DNA of 63,242 bases, the filler included, from Intoshia linei (lineage: Eukaryota > Animalia > Orthonectida): assembly GCA_001642005.1 (NCBI GenBank). It is 4 parts of 4 records of this genome, joined end to end, with 100 filler letters (N's around TTAATTAATTAA, not from the genome) between each part and the next. Parts side by side here need not be neighbours in the genome. Positions count along the whole stretch, not along the records: positions 26,610 to 51,722 come from LWCA01000514.1; positions 51,823 to 62,066 come from LWCA01001283.1; 2 more parts are not named here. The stretch is one strand, 5' to 3'. The number at the start of each line of letters is the position of its first letter. Within the stretch, counting starts at the first letter, position 1. The notes beneath the pieces were generated by a model. It had not been told where the DNA came from and searched no databases. It saw only the letters and a list, made by a program, of their open reading frames with translations. Positions 38,901 to 52,201 of the stretch are shown here, piece after piece. Both the position numbers and the translations under genes were made by a program.

Positions 38901-41900
38901 TATTCACTATGTATGCTTTTTTGTTTAGGATAAGAGTTTTTAATTGTCGCATTGATTGACTACTATATTTCAATAATGTGGATAGACTTAAATTGTGATT
39001 CTAATATTATTATTTAATTTATTTTAAAAGTTTATAATTTACTGGAAAAGAATTAATGTAATCTGGTACAATTATTTTGAATCGAGATAAAGCGCCATTT
39101 TCAGTTTTAAAGTTTAATTGATCAAGTTCAAAATCTTTAGGAATGTTTTCAAAGTTTTCTGTGGTGTTGTGTCGGTAATAGTTATCCAATAATATAAATT
39201 TTTTATAATATTCTTCAACTTCTGCATTCAATGATACTGGTGATATATAAATTACTTCGACATTTGGATCTAAATTAGTACATGTAAATTACATCATTAT
39301 GTAAATCATGTAATCAAGATATTATTATTGAATTTATTTTTTTTGTAGAATTAAAAACTCCACTCTCTCCAGAGTTAGTTACTGTTTGTACCAAATACAT
39401 AACAATCAAGCTAGTAATATAATAATATTACCCATTATATCGCATATTCTACCAATTTGAAAATTTTGAATAATGCCAATTGATTTGATATTATTACGAA
39501 TTTCCGAAGAAAATCCAAGCGAAGGCAAATGTATGATTACTCTTTTATTAGAATTGATTTCTTTCCAATTTTTTTGAAATACCTAAAAAATAAATAGGTT
39601 TCAATAAACCATATCATTTGTGTGTCAGAAGCTGTGATCCAGTTATAATGATTTAAAAAGCGTCTGTAGTCAAATCCAAATTATGTTTATCCTTTTCAAT
39701 TCTTACTAATATAAAACGCTTTGTTTGTCTGTGTGGTATTATCGTTTATTTCAATAACTACGAGTCTTAAAATTATAATTTTGTAAAGTCCACATTTCAA
39801 TTATAGTTTTTTCCGGGGGTTTTAGCAAAATAAATTTCAACCTCCCAAACTCACATCTTACGGGTCAAAAAGCCCAATTGTCCTTTTTTTTGAAAATCAA
39901 ACGAGTTCGAGAATTTAAAAAAATATATACTCTGATACCGGATTTTAAAATCATAAATATTATCATAAATTTAAATTTAAAAAAAATAATATCTTCAGGG
40001 CCAAAATCCCAAATTACCCTTTTTTTATGAACACAGCCCTAGAATTTAAAACAATTTACAGGTAATACAGTTATATTCTGTTAACACACTCAAAAAATTG
40101 GAATCTGAATAAGTGACGCCTTCACGGTCAAAAAAGCACTTTAGTATTCATATTTTTTTATTTCAAAACTATTTTATTAAAACAAAAAATGTGAAATAAT
40201 TAACTGTCCGAAAATTAAAAAAAAGATTATTATGATAGAACTTATTTCAGTTGATATAAATACAAAATTTCAACCCCACAAATCAACGCATTGCTGGTGA
40301 AAAGTAATTTTTAATATATTATCAACCAATATTTTTCAAATGTTTCGATTTAAATCAAAAATTGAAAATGTAAATATTGATCCTACCATTTCAAAAAAAA
40401 TGTGCATTGAACGTCTACACATTTCCAATACAGAAATATGCTTGAAAATCTATATAATACATTCCTTCTGATTTTTTTTCATTGCTACGCAATTTTTCAT
40501 TCTCAAATTACTTATTTGTATTTGCTTAATTATTAAATGCCTCCCTTAATTATTAATACATAATTTGTATTTTAAATTATTTATTAAATTGGTAATGAAT
40601 CATGTTAAAATTAGATAACTCCGCCCTCGGCAGAGCTAGGTACAGTATTATTATAAAATATTTTATGATAAAATGGTTTAATCAGTTTTTGACCATAATG
40701 CGTTGATTTCTAGGTTGAAATTTTGTATCTATATGAACTGGAATAAGCTGTATGAGAATAATCTATTTTTTAAATAATTATCATTAATAATTTCAAATTT
40801 TTTAATTTAAAATAGTTATTAAATAAAAAAATAAATACTAAAGTGCTTTTTTGACTGTGAAGACGTTACTTTTTGATATTAATTTTTTTTTAATTCTAGG
40901 ACTTTTCCTTTTCTAAAAAAGGGAATTTATGGTTTTGATTGTGAAAATAAACCGTTTTGAGATTGTGATTTATGATATAATACTTATTATTTAAAAATTT
41001 TTATTAAATTCTAAAACTTTTTTCATTTTTAAATAAAAGGGTAATTTGGAGTTTTAACTCTGAAGATATACATTTTTGAAATCATAAATTATAATAATGC
41101 TCATAATTTTAAAATCTGTATCAAATTGTTTATTTTTTTTAAATTGTAAAACACGTTTGATTTTTAAAAAAAAAAAATAATTGGTGTTTTTGACCGAGAA
41201 GTTGTAAGTTTCTGAGATTGAAATTTATTTTTATTTCTGCCCTAGAGAAATTTGATTGGAGATTTTTGTTTGTTAAAATTCTAGGACTCTTAGTTGTTGA
41301 AAAAAACGGAACACAGACAGACAGACATTCAATCCTAACTTATAGAAAATTGAATGTTTGAATGTGTTGTAGTTTCTAGCATATATATCAAGGGTTCCCA
41401 AAGTTGACGATATCGCCACCAGGGGGCGATTAATTCAGTTAGGGAGCGATGTTAAAAAATTATAAAAACATAAATAGAAAATTTTTCTAACATATTTATT
41501 TTACTGAATCAGTATAGTAAAGATGATGCGGTATCAAATTTAAAATATAGTTTCTTTTCAATATTCATTAATTGTTTTATTATAACATTTTAATTATTAA
41601 TTACACTGTGTATTCGAAAAACGATTTTAAATGGATAGAGTGGAGCGTCGATAAATTTTTTTGGTTATAAGAGGATATTTTTATAGAGAGTTTTGGATCC
41701 ACTGATATAAACAGTAACGGTAATAAATATATTATTTTTTAAATAACATATAATATAATTTTCAATTTTTTAATTATTACATATTGACTTCGAATATAAT
41801 GTGAATTGAATCCAAAAAAATTGGTTATTTCGAGTCGATTTCGTAGTCAAAAAATTTTTTAGTGGGGCGTTGAGAAAATATATTGCTAAAAAGGAGGGGT

Positions 41901-44900
41901 AGATAACATGAGTTTTGAAACCCCTCATATATATTATACACAAATTTATATTGTAAATCATTTTTTTGGTTAAAATTTGAAATTCGCATTAAATTCATTT
42001 TTCACTGCGTTAATCGAGGTAGACCCGTAATTTTGTTATCATACTTTCAGTTAATCACATACAATTGAATTTTTGTGTTACATTTTACTAAAAAACTAAT
42101 TCCTAAAAATTTAAAAAAGATAACAAATCCAATGTAAAAAAATCTAAATTTCAATTAAAAAGATTTAAGCTATAAATTCTACCCAATCAGTAAATATCAC
42201 AACTACAACTTTTTTAATACTTGTCCTATGTAAATGTGCATAATATCAATAAATATATAAATATTTTTAATATAAATTAGGTTTATGGATTAATAATTTA
42301 TAATTCTTATAAGAAAGGTTTAATTTTTCATTTAGCATAAAAGCTGTCGCGATTTGTAATTTAATTTAATAAAAATTTAAAATTACTTTAAATCTACTAG
42401 TGTAATGTTCATACTGAGTCCTTTGTCGTGCTTTCAATTTTTTTTTCATTACCCGATATCTTAAATTAAGTATCCATGAAATGGCTATTACACCAGATGT
42501 CCATTTATGCTTTCTGTATTCTAAATACTGTTTACGATCTTTGTACATCTAAAAAGTATTTAAATGCATAAATTTTAATGTACTGTACTACACTCAATAG
42601 TAGTGGTTCCCATTTGATACTTTTCATCAAAAAAAAGTTAGCGATCCACAAGTTAATTTAAAATTAATTTAGTTGTAATGACAAATAGCATAAACAATGT
42701 GATTCAGTTTAGATTTTAGATTCAGTGTATGATTAATATACCTTAGGACAGGGTTTCCCATACATTTTTCACCGCATCCAGTAATTTACTATGAAATTTC
42801 TTTTATATTTTTTTTAAAGAAATTCGGAGACGTTTGCCATTTATATTTTATTTATTAATTAACTTTTAATCAAATCTTTATTTATATTGTCATTTTTAAT
42901 TAATTACTTAAATTTTTCCAAACCTGGACTTAATTTTTAAAATTTTGAAACATTCCTACTAATTGTACATGTAATTGAAATGTGGACTTTAAAAAATTTT
43001 AAGAATGATAGTTATTGTAATAAACAGTAACACATACACACAAACAAATACTGAGTAGTAATATATAATATATAATATATATGATATATAAGTAAGGATA
43101 TTAAGAAACTCTGTGAGAATCATCAGGCTGTGATATCATTAATAAAAAAAAAATTACCGTTAGGTCATTTTTTGAATTGGGCCTAGAATAAAAAATGTTG
43201 GGAAACACTGATGTACATTGTACAATTTACAGTAATATCTTTATCTACGATAACACACACACACACAGAAAAACAAAGCATTACTTATCCTATCCTAACT
43301 TATATAATATACTACGCGATTTTTGTTTGTGTGCGTGTGTCTGTGTGTTACGCTTAATTTACATAACTACCCGTCTTAGAATTTCATAAAGACCACATTT
43401 CAATTATAGTTTTTTCCGGGACGTATAATAAGATAAATTTCAACCTGCCAATTTCACATCTTACGGGTCAAAAACCCCAGTTGTCCCTCTTTTTGAAAAT
43501 CAAACGAGTTGGAGAATTTAAAAAGATATATAAGCTGATGCGGGTTTTAAAATCATAAACATTATCATAAATTTAAATTTAAAAAAATTATATCTTCAGA
43601 GCCAAAACCTTCTTTTTTTAATGAAAACAGCCCTAGAATTGAAAAAAATTTACAAGTGGTACAGTTGCATCCTGTTAACACACATTTGTAAAGATATTTC
43701 AAAAAAATGTATGTCAAAAATTTTTTGCGTAACAACACTTTGTTGTTAAAGAAAGTAGAATCAAGTTATAATTGACTGATTATGTACAACAGTATCAGAT
43801 GGCTCAGTAGAGGTAAAGTTCTTGAGCGCTTTGTGGAATGCTTATCAGAAATTAAAACATTTTTAAGATATAAAGATAACTCTTACTCTTAATTAGATAA
43901 TAACGATTGGATTGTTATTCTTATGTTTTTTACTGACTTTTCCTTGCATTTAAATGAACTTAAACTTAAATTACAAGGGTACGGAAATACTATTGATGTA
44001 ATGTTTAGTATTATTAAGAAATTTGACTGTAAACTATCAATATTCTTTCGTGATATAGGAAATAAAGATTACAAATATTTCCTTAAATTAAAAAAATTCA
44101 TGATAGAATCAAATGAAATACTATTAAGTACAAAGAAGGAGCGAATCTCATTTTCTTAGATAGCATTGATTCATTTAAAAATCAATTTTCTAAAAGATTT
44201 AACCAGTTTAGAGAATTTGAAAAAGCCATAATGTTCATAAAATATCCTGATGAAGTAGAATACAAAAATTTAGAAATTCAGTTGGTAGAATTTCAGACAA
44301 GTTCCATTTGGAAGTACAAAATTTATTAAAGTGAGATCAGAAATTGAAATAATAGAACGAAATAGACTTACAAAATCATTTAAAGATGTTACCTACTTTG
44401 ACCAATCAAATATGTTATTAGAAGTTTGGAATTCTATGCCTGAAACATTTAATAGTCTGAAATGTCTAGCTAAAGCTATATTAACTATATTTTCATCTAC
44501 ATATTCTTGTGAATCGTTATTTTCCACATTTAATTTAAAATATCATAAAAGGAATAGACTTCACAAGGAAACTTGATGAAACTAGTTTGGCTTTTGTAGT
44601 GTTAAAATAAATAAGTTATGAACCTCCCATTGAAAAACTTGCAGCTCAATTTTTTTAATCTAAATAAATATAAAAATTATTTTTTTAACTCATTTTCCAT
44701 CAACAAGTTGTTCGACTTAATTGACGGTTTTAATTGACATAATATTTTTTTAATAAAAACTCACTAGAAAAAAATTTCTGAAAATAGTATTAAATTTAAC
44801 ACACCTAGTTTTAGTGGACTGCCATCCCTGTAATATACTGTTAAAATACACTAAAAATGTCACATTTAAAGAAATTAATTTTAAAATTAATATAAAACAT

Positions 44901-47900
44901 TTTATTTCTTTATATTATGTATCTATTTATTGGAGCTTATGAATAATAAAAACATATTAGACTAGTGGTTGAAATTTTTCGAAAATATATGAAACAATAA
45001 ATAATTCATGTATTTTTGATATTGTTTATTCAAAATTGAAAATACCTGTGTATGAAATGAAGAAAAAATTTTAATTTAATTTTTTGTAAGAAAAAAAACA
45101 TTTTTACCAATTTTTTAATCAATCTCAAACAGTTCTATGCGATTTTAAATTAACATAAGTTATTCAGTATAGATTGAATCACTGAGTACACGTTCATGTC
45201 TTGAACTGTAAACAAGAAATAAAATTCAGTTCAATACAAATAATTTGGACCAATTAAAAACTTTGCGCGATTTGATAAAACAGCAATAGCAAATATTAAC
45301 ATACACAATTTATTATTTTATATACATTTTAAAATTGGGTAAGGTTTTAATATTAACGATTACTGTGATGCTGTGCTACATTAACACTCCCAGGATGAAT
45401 TATACAAATGAAATTGGATATGATGCGATAACTGTAAATTCTTTTGCAATTGGGCAAAATAACGATCACGCCAATAATATATCTTTAATGAGTGATATTA
45501 TTATAATTTTTTTAATAATACATCATATATTGTATACGAACTGAACGGTACATTTTTAGCAACCTACTGAAAGAAATAGAAATGGAACTCATTATAATGA
45601 ATCGAAACATAAAGAGTATGAAATATAGATCGATTACATTTTCCTTTTATGATAAGTATTTATAATATATGAAGAGAGCATTTTTTCACTTATTAAATTT
45701 GAATTGTTTAATATGTTACATTTGGTAATATATGCAATAGCAACTCTATATAATGAATATAATTATTACATAAATTTTAGGTTTGACAATTCGGAAAAAT
45801 TGTTTTTAAATATGTTTGTGTATGGAATTTTGCATTCAGGACAAACCAATTATTTTTTTCGGAGTTTAATATGATTTCAAGAGTTGTAATCAACATAAAT
45901 GGTCAATATATACTGATTAATATCATTTATCAAACTAATTTATCATTTCCTGAAATTTTTAAATAGAATAACAAAGCCAACAATCAAATCAAAAAGCAAA
46001 GCATGAACTTTATGTATTTATTCAAGTCTTGGATTTAAAAATTTGATTTTATTGTCACAATAATAAATATTTTAATTAACAGTTTGCAATAGCCATTACG
46101 CTCCAGATTTTATAAACCTATTCGCAGTATCCTTCAAAAATATTGTATATATATACATATGTAATATATATATGTAAATATGTATAATATATCCGAAATA
46201 TTTTATTAAAACAAAAAATGGGAAATAATTAACGATCCGAAAATTAAAAAAAAAATTATTCTGATAGAGCTTATTCCAGTTGATATGAATACCAAATTTT
46301 CAAGCCCAGAAATTTACGCATTCCCGGTAAAAAATAATTTTTAATATATTATCAACCAATATTTTTTAAATATTTCGATTAAAATCAAAAATTGAAAATG
46401 TAAATATTGATCATAAAATTTCAAAAAAAATGTGCATTGTACGTCTACACATTTCCAATAAAAACATATGGGTGAAAATCTATATAATTCATTCCTTCGC
46501 AATTTTTTTCATTGCTACGCAATTTTTAAATTTCAAATTTTCATTTTCAAAACATTTTTATTAAAACATTCAAATTTAAATGTAAAACTAAACAACGAAA
46601 CTAAAAACACTTTGTTAATGTCATTTCTATATTACGATCCTTTACAATAATAGTAAAATTCGACTGAAATGTTTATAAATTGAAGATTCAGTTAATTATT
46701 GATACACAATTAGTATTTTTAAGTATTTATTAAATTGGTACTGAATATATATCATCACATTGAAAATGACAAAATATATTTTTATAATTTTATTTTTTCT
46801 GGAATTTATGCTATTTATGACAAATTTTTAATGAGTGTTTTTACTTTATTGTTAAGATTATACAACTCATTCTGTCTAATAAATTATTTCTTTAATTTTA
46901 TTTTTTCTGGAATTTATGCTATTTATGACAATTTTTAGGATTGGACGTTTTTACTTTACTTTTAATATTATAGACACATTCTGTTTAATAAATTAAAAAA
47001 ATGGGATAACAATTGTTTTTAAAATTTTTTACGCAAATGTTAACAAAAAAAAATTAAGATATAATTATTCACCGTAAAGTAAAAAGTAATGTGATATGAT
47101 GGTTCCACCTGAAACAAATTTGGGAACCACTCTATTTAAAGGATTGATAATAGTGCATAGTAGGATTTTTCAAGTTAGATTTTCAACATGAATTTATTTT
47201 TTTGGTATAATAAAAATGTTCCCTCGGCAGAGCTAGGTGCTGTTTGTACATAGTACATAACAGTAAAGCTAGTCCAAATACAAAACATACAAATGTCGTC
47301 AAAGACAATTTTCACAAATTAAATTTTTATATATATATAAATATTAAAATTTAATTTGTTATGAAAAATGTACAGTATTATAAATAGAAAAGTTACCCGC
47401 CACGTCGATTGTATTTTAGATGCTGCAATATCCAATCCACCAAATCCTCTGTATAATTGACCCTTAATTGAAATATTAGAACTTTTATGATAGAAATTCA
47501 TTCATAATAGACAGGTTGTGAAATGAGCTAACAATGAAAAAAATATAACTATAATCTTAGGTCACTTTATTGGTATAGTCACTCAGAGTGACTTACTCTC
47601 TTGGTATACGCAAATTATTATACAATATACAATGTAGATAGAAATATATTAATAAACATAATATAAAAATTCTAATTTAAATGCATTATATGAGTTTGGC
47701 CTCTAAAAATTATTTGACCCATGACTGAAAATCCTAGATCCGCCATTGATTGTGCCCTATTACTGAAACAAACCTTTTGATTAATAATTTCATATATTTG
47801 ACCGTAATTAATAATAGCTTTAGTTAAAATATCAACAGTGGGAGTAATTTGTTCATGCTTCATTGCAATATTTTTAAGTCTAAATAACTTTTATATAAAT

Positions 47901-50900
47901 TAATTTTTCCATCTACATTTTTGGGTTCATATAAGCGATATTAACATTATAAGCCTTGTATAATTTTTCATATTGTTTAAACAAAGTAATTATACTAAAA
48001 AAAATTAAAATAAAATTATACCGACTTACCTCCCCCAAACGCCGGTAGAATTTTTTTGAAATTGTTTATATGTATCATCCTTTTTAAAATTTCCATGTTC
48101 GTAAATTAGACAATTGTTACGATTTAATAATTCAGAAACACTTGCCGGTGTTGTTGGAGGAGGCTAAACATTTATTATTTATCTTATCTGTAAATTTTTA
48201 AAGCTAAATTTTATAAAAATAATTAAGCAAGTAATTCTAATAAAAAAGCAAAAAAAAGCAAAACAAAAATTACATATTACCGTACTATTGTTAGAACTAC
48301 TATATTCATAATTCTAAAAAGTTTTTAAAATACTTTATGACAGTGTTCGCCACATAAGTGTCGCGACTTGCGAGGTACATAAAAATATTTACCGATTCCA
48401 TCCAATGGTATATTAAATCCGCATTTTTCAAGAATTACAAAATACTTTTTAATGAGACATTTTAAGGGAGGCGCGAAAAAAATTTCACACCACTGCTTTA
48501 AGGTTTAAATCAGTGCTTTTCAAAGGAATAAACGTTGTGGACCCCTAAAATAGTTATATGTTATTATCGTTTTCATCTTATTATTTACTTGTTATTATTA
48601 CTTTAATTATTAAATTTAATTAATATAAATATTAATCATATTTTTAATTGAGGAATTATAATACTATTTTTTCTTTTAATTTTTAAAATATTTTTTGCAT
48701 TCAATACTTACAATTATGCTTCAGGTACAACACAAAATATTGACAATTCAAAACCGTTATGTATCGAAACATAGCCTTATGTATTTTAAAAAAAAATAAA
48801 CTATTCATTGATATTGCGAAATTCATTAAAAAAAATCAAATATATATAAAATATCCGTTAAATAAGAATTATTTTAGGTCCTAGTTAGAGAACATGGCAT
48901 AAAATTACGATTAAAATAAATTTTCTAGTGATTTTTTGAGAGTTTACTGTAATATCAGAAAATGTTAATGTAATATTACAAAGTGGATTTTTCTTTTATG
49001 GGTGGGTCAATTTGGATTTAGTGGTGTTTTCTCCTTAATAATATTAGATTAATTCTTAAAATAATACATATAGTTTAGCGGTGAACCCCTGTTATATAGC
49101 GTAGACACTTAGGTCCACATGGATCCTTTGAGAAGCACTGGTTTAAATACAGATTTAAAAATTGAAAAAATTCAATTTTTTTATTTTTTAATCATTTTTT
49201 ATAAAAATTATTAATTATGAAATTACTAGTGGAATTATTGATGTTGAAGCTTTTTTAAGGTATATAATCGGTTGTCTGTATTTACACTTTTTATTATTTT
49301 TAATATCCACTAAAGTATCTTTTTCTTTTATGGATTCTAAAAAATTAATAAAAATACCAACTGTAAATAAATATTTGTAGCAGGGTTTCTCAATCGCGAT
49401 ACTAGAGTTACAATGGTATTGTGGAAATTTAGGGTCATGGTTTGTGATAGTGAATGCATTTTCACGTTAAATTTCAAATATTTTTAACTCGACAACCGAT
49501 TTTTTTTAAATTGACTAAAATGTAAATAAGGCCTTTTATTTGATTTTGTAAAAAAATTAATATGGTCTTTTTGTATAGATTTTTTTACCGATTTAAAAAT
49601 GTCAGGTTCATTTTATCATATTTTTGTAGGTAAATAAAATTAAAGTCAAAATTTGGAAAAGTCTACAAATGCCTGGGTGGATACTATCCATTTCGAAATC
49701 ATCAAATATTTCGGAAAAAAAATATATCAATACTAAAATGCTTTTTTGACCGTGAAGTCGTCACTTATTCGGATTGAAATTTTTAAATTCTAGGGCTGTT
49801 TTCATTAAAAAAAGGGTAATTTAGGGTTTTTGACCCGTAAGATGTAAGTTTGGGCTGTTGAAATTTATTTTGCGAACACCCTGGTAAAAATTTTAATTGA
49901 AAAGTGAACTTTATAAATTCAGTAATATATAAATTTCATATAAATTAAATGTATAAATTCATATAAGGAGAGCCATCAGCAGCTCGAGCTAGATGGAAAT
50001 TATAAACCCATATAAAAATTTTTTAAAAAATGGGACCTCTATACATTTGCATTAGGTAAAAAAAGTAGATCAGATATATGGTAAAAGGGACAAATAATTC
50101 TGTAAAATATACAAAAGTATTACAGGACGATTTATTCAATTTCAAAGATTCTTTTAATGTGTTTCAACAAAACAATGCATTATTACACGTATTCACATAC
50201 ACAAAAGAGTGGTTATCAAATAAAGGAATACATTTATTAAAATCGCCTGCTTGTAGCCCTGACCTCAATCCAATCGAAAATTTATGTTGCGAAAATAAAT
50301 AACCAAAATTATGTAGGGTTTTTAAGGGAAGTTTTTTTTACCCAATTTTTAAAAATTTTGAAGATAATTTTAGTCCCAAGATTTTGTAGGGTTTTTAAAA
50401 AAACTTTTTTTTCTACCATTTGTTAAAGATTTTGAAAATGTTTTTCGGACTAAAATTATGTAAGGTTTATAAATAAATGTCACTGTCACTCAGTTTTTAA
50501 ATGTTTTGAAAATAATGTTGTGATAAAAATTTGGAAGGGTTTTAAGGGAATTTTTTGCTCACCTATCTATTAAAAACTTGAAGATTCCATAAAATTTTAT
50601 AAAATATTTACTTCAAAACACTACAAAATTTTGGTCATTGTCATTAAAGAAACCACAACAATGTTGTCAAAAAATAAATATTCTGATTAATTAACAAAAT
50701 CGATGATTATGTCGCTCAACTGAATGTTCGCCACTTGATTTTAGCAGTGTATTTATAAATTAAAAATAACTATTGAAAATCGCATTGTTATTGAAATTTT
50801 GGTATAATGAAGAAATTTTCCAACATAACCTATTAATACATTTAAAAAGTAAGCCCATCATGATTGTAGGCTCGGCCTCAAGGCCCCTAGCCTCTCCACG

Positions 50901-51274
50901 CTGAGTCTATTCGAAACTACGAGTGATGCACAAGGTTTGCGTGGTTGAGATAAATATTACAAAATTAATATTTATAATTATGTGTATTCATCGTCTACAA
51001 TAAGATAAATGTTACCCATCACCAATACCATCACTGATATAATTGACAAAATAATAATAATAAAACAAATACCATCAGCAATAAGAAACGTAGTTTTTTT
51101 ATCTTTCAATTTAATAGAAGATAATTTAAGTGGACTAGGAGAAAATGTAATGGTAGAAACTGGTAAAGTTATTGATAAATCATTTGCATTGATAATTTGC
51201 GCAAAATTTTTATTTAATTTATCATTTGAAGTGCTGGGTACATTCGAAACGTTATTGTTGAATGAGTGCATTTT
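32924..51274 (-). CDS. IQCH: IQ motif-containing protein H (about 20 exons); possible first exons at 53945-53849 and 52758-52631 beyond the gap
   Basis: Exons give TITFSPSPL, PPPTTPAS, AASKIQSTWR|MYKDRKQYLEYRKHKWTSGVIAISW (IQ motif), RVIIHLPSLGFS, RFKIIVPD, NHNLSLSTLLKYS, GGIIEA, IPQTSINP, NVIGYVNIDFVTFYD, LFHSNLSVIQYGVFFQMCRANTIGYD, IIHQEISSKTMQGSNNF; stop TAA at 32924-32926. Order is colinear with vertebrate IQCH as recalled. Confidence 0.92.
33664..34372. mobile_element. hAT MITE, 709 bp
   Basis: Perfect 15-bp TIR CAGTGGTTTTCAACC; perfect TSD CATTAGAC. Confidence 0.92.
35567..36235 (+). mobile_element. Non-autonomous Helitron, 3'-truncated
   Basis: A|TCCTTACTTA start (locally duplicated); family body; internal ~55-bp duplication at 35970-36080. 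Confidence 0.75.
36261..36674. mobile_element. hAT MITE
   Basis: TIR CAATGTTTCTTAACC / GGTTGAGAATAACTG; TSD GTCTATAT / ATCTATAT. Confidence 0.7.
36696..37484. mobile_element. hAT MITE, same family as 6763-7747, opposite orientation
   Basis: GGGTGCACAA / TTGTGCACCC ends, CTCTAGAC flanks; ~700 bp of reverse-complement similarity to 6780-7420. Confidence 0.85.
39700..40639 (+). mobile_element. Near full-length non-autonomous Helitron, followed by an inverted diverged copy (~40680-41330)
   Basis: 5' TTCTTACTAATATAAA; 3' CCGCCCTCGGCAGAGCTAG. Confidence 0.8.
41389..41704. mobile_element. Degenerate hAT MITE
   Basis: CAAGGGTTCCCAAA / TTTGGATCCACTG; flanks ATATATAT / ATATAAAC. Confidence 0.55.
43293..47272 (+). 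mobile_element. Helitron with A|TC and CTAG|T ends bracketing ~2.5 kb of non-family sequence (composite, or two truncated copies)
   Basis: Family 5' part 43293-43683; family sequence resumes at ~46192 about 75 bp further along the consensus and runs to hairpin + CTAG|T at 47272. Confidence 0.65.
43700..44650 (+). pseudogene. hAT (Buster/GTF2IRD2-EPM2AIP1-like) transposase, C-terminal half, decayed
   Basis: RWLSRGKVLERFVECLSEIKTFL, LMFFTDFSLHLNELKLKLQG and WNSMPETFNSLKCLAKAILTIFSSTYSCESLFS (hAT dimerisation domain), with stops and frameshifts. Confidence 0.88.
48511..49140. mobile_element. hAT MITE, 630 bp
   Basis: 17-bp TIR CAGTGCTTTTCAAAGGA / TCCTTTGAGAAGCACTG; perfect TSD GTTTAAAT. Confidence 0.9.
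50030..50290 (+). pseudogene. Tc1-family DD34E transposase fragment
   Basis: NSVKYTKVLQD..VFQQNNALLH..TKEWLSNKGIHLLKSPACSPDLNPIENL; QQDN and WP motifs are decayed. Confidence 0.85.
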
Positions 51275-51722
51275 CTAAATTACAAATAAAAATCTGTCAA
51301 TCGTTTTATAAGGTTAAATTAAGTCCAATAATTCGAAAAGAAAGGTGAAAACTTCTACCCAATTATGACTTATAAATTGGAACAACATACATTATATAGC
51401 AGAGGTCGGCAACCAGTGACCTATTATGTGAGTGAGTACCAGTGACCTACCAGTGAATATTTTTGGTGGCACTTTGAGTAAATAGGTAAAATATTTATTT
51501 TAAATTTTTTAACTTTTAAACACCTTTTAAAACATTTTCTACGAGAATTAGCTCATTATAATCATTTTATTAGGTGATTGACAAAGTTTATGTCATTTTT
51601 ATTGATACAATTGATTAGAAACGCTTTATCACCGATAAGATTTCACATATTTCGAAATATAAAATATATTTTAACAATCATGTGTACGACCACATCAGAT
51701 GAGAACGTAATTTATTTAAATC

Positions 51723-51822
51723 NNNNNNNNNNNNNNNNNNNNNNNNNNNNNNNNNNNNNNNNNNNNTTAATTAATTAANNNNNNNNNNNNNNNNNNNNNN
51801 NNNNNNNNNNNNNNNNNNNNNN
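51723..51822. other. Assembly spacer
   Basis: N run with TTAATTAATTAA. Confidence 0.98.
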
Positions 51823-52059
51823 CCTAATAAACCCACGTATCATTTTGAAAACTACACGCCAAATTGGCCTTATAAATTTTTTAAAAGGTTAATTTCAGAT
51901 ATATTGCTATGCCATCGATATAAATAATATAAAATTAACATAATACTAAAAAAGTGCCCCAAAATACGAGTATTCCCCACACAGAGGTTTACCCCAAAGC
52001 GGGGTCGGACTGTATTATTAATTTTTTGGATTCACAGCGAAAAAGGGTGTAGAATGTCT

Positions 52060-52201
52060 GCTTTAAATGATTTATAATAGTAAATAGTAGCATTTTTAGG
52101 TTAAATTTTGTTATTGAATTTATTTTTCTGGTAGAATAATAATGTCCGCCCTAAGCAGAGCTAGGATGCTGTTTGTACGAAGTACATAACAGTCAAGCTA
52201 G
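52060..52201 (+). mobile_element. Helitron 3' end (double terminator)
   Basis: CCGCCCTAAGCAGAGCTAG-GATG-CTGTTTGTACGAAGTACATAACAG-TCAAGCTAG|T. Confidence 0.8.

Noticed and set aside
46128-46136. GTATCCTTC, a U12-type 5' splice-site match
   Set aside because: I could not build a coherent upstream exon or find a downstream U12 branch point; likely chance.
50978-51271. 97-aa ORF that looks like a tail-anchored membrane protein
   Set aside because: 51274-51073 fits as an IQCH exon with a phase-1 donor after IAD that joins the exon at 49336; the hydrophobic tail is intron read-through.
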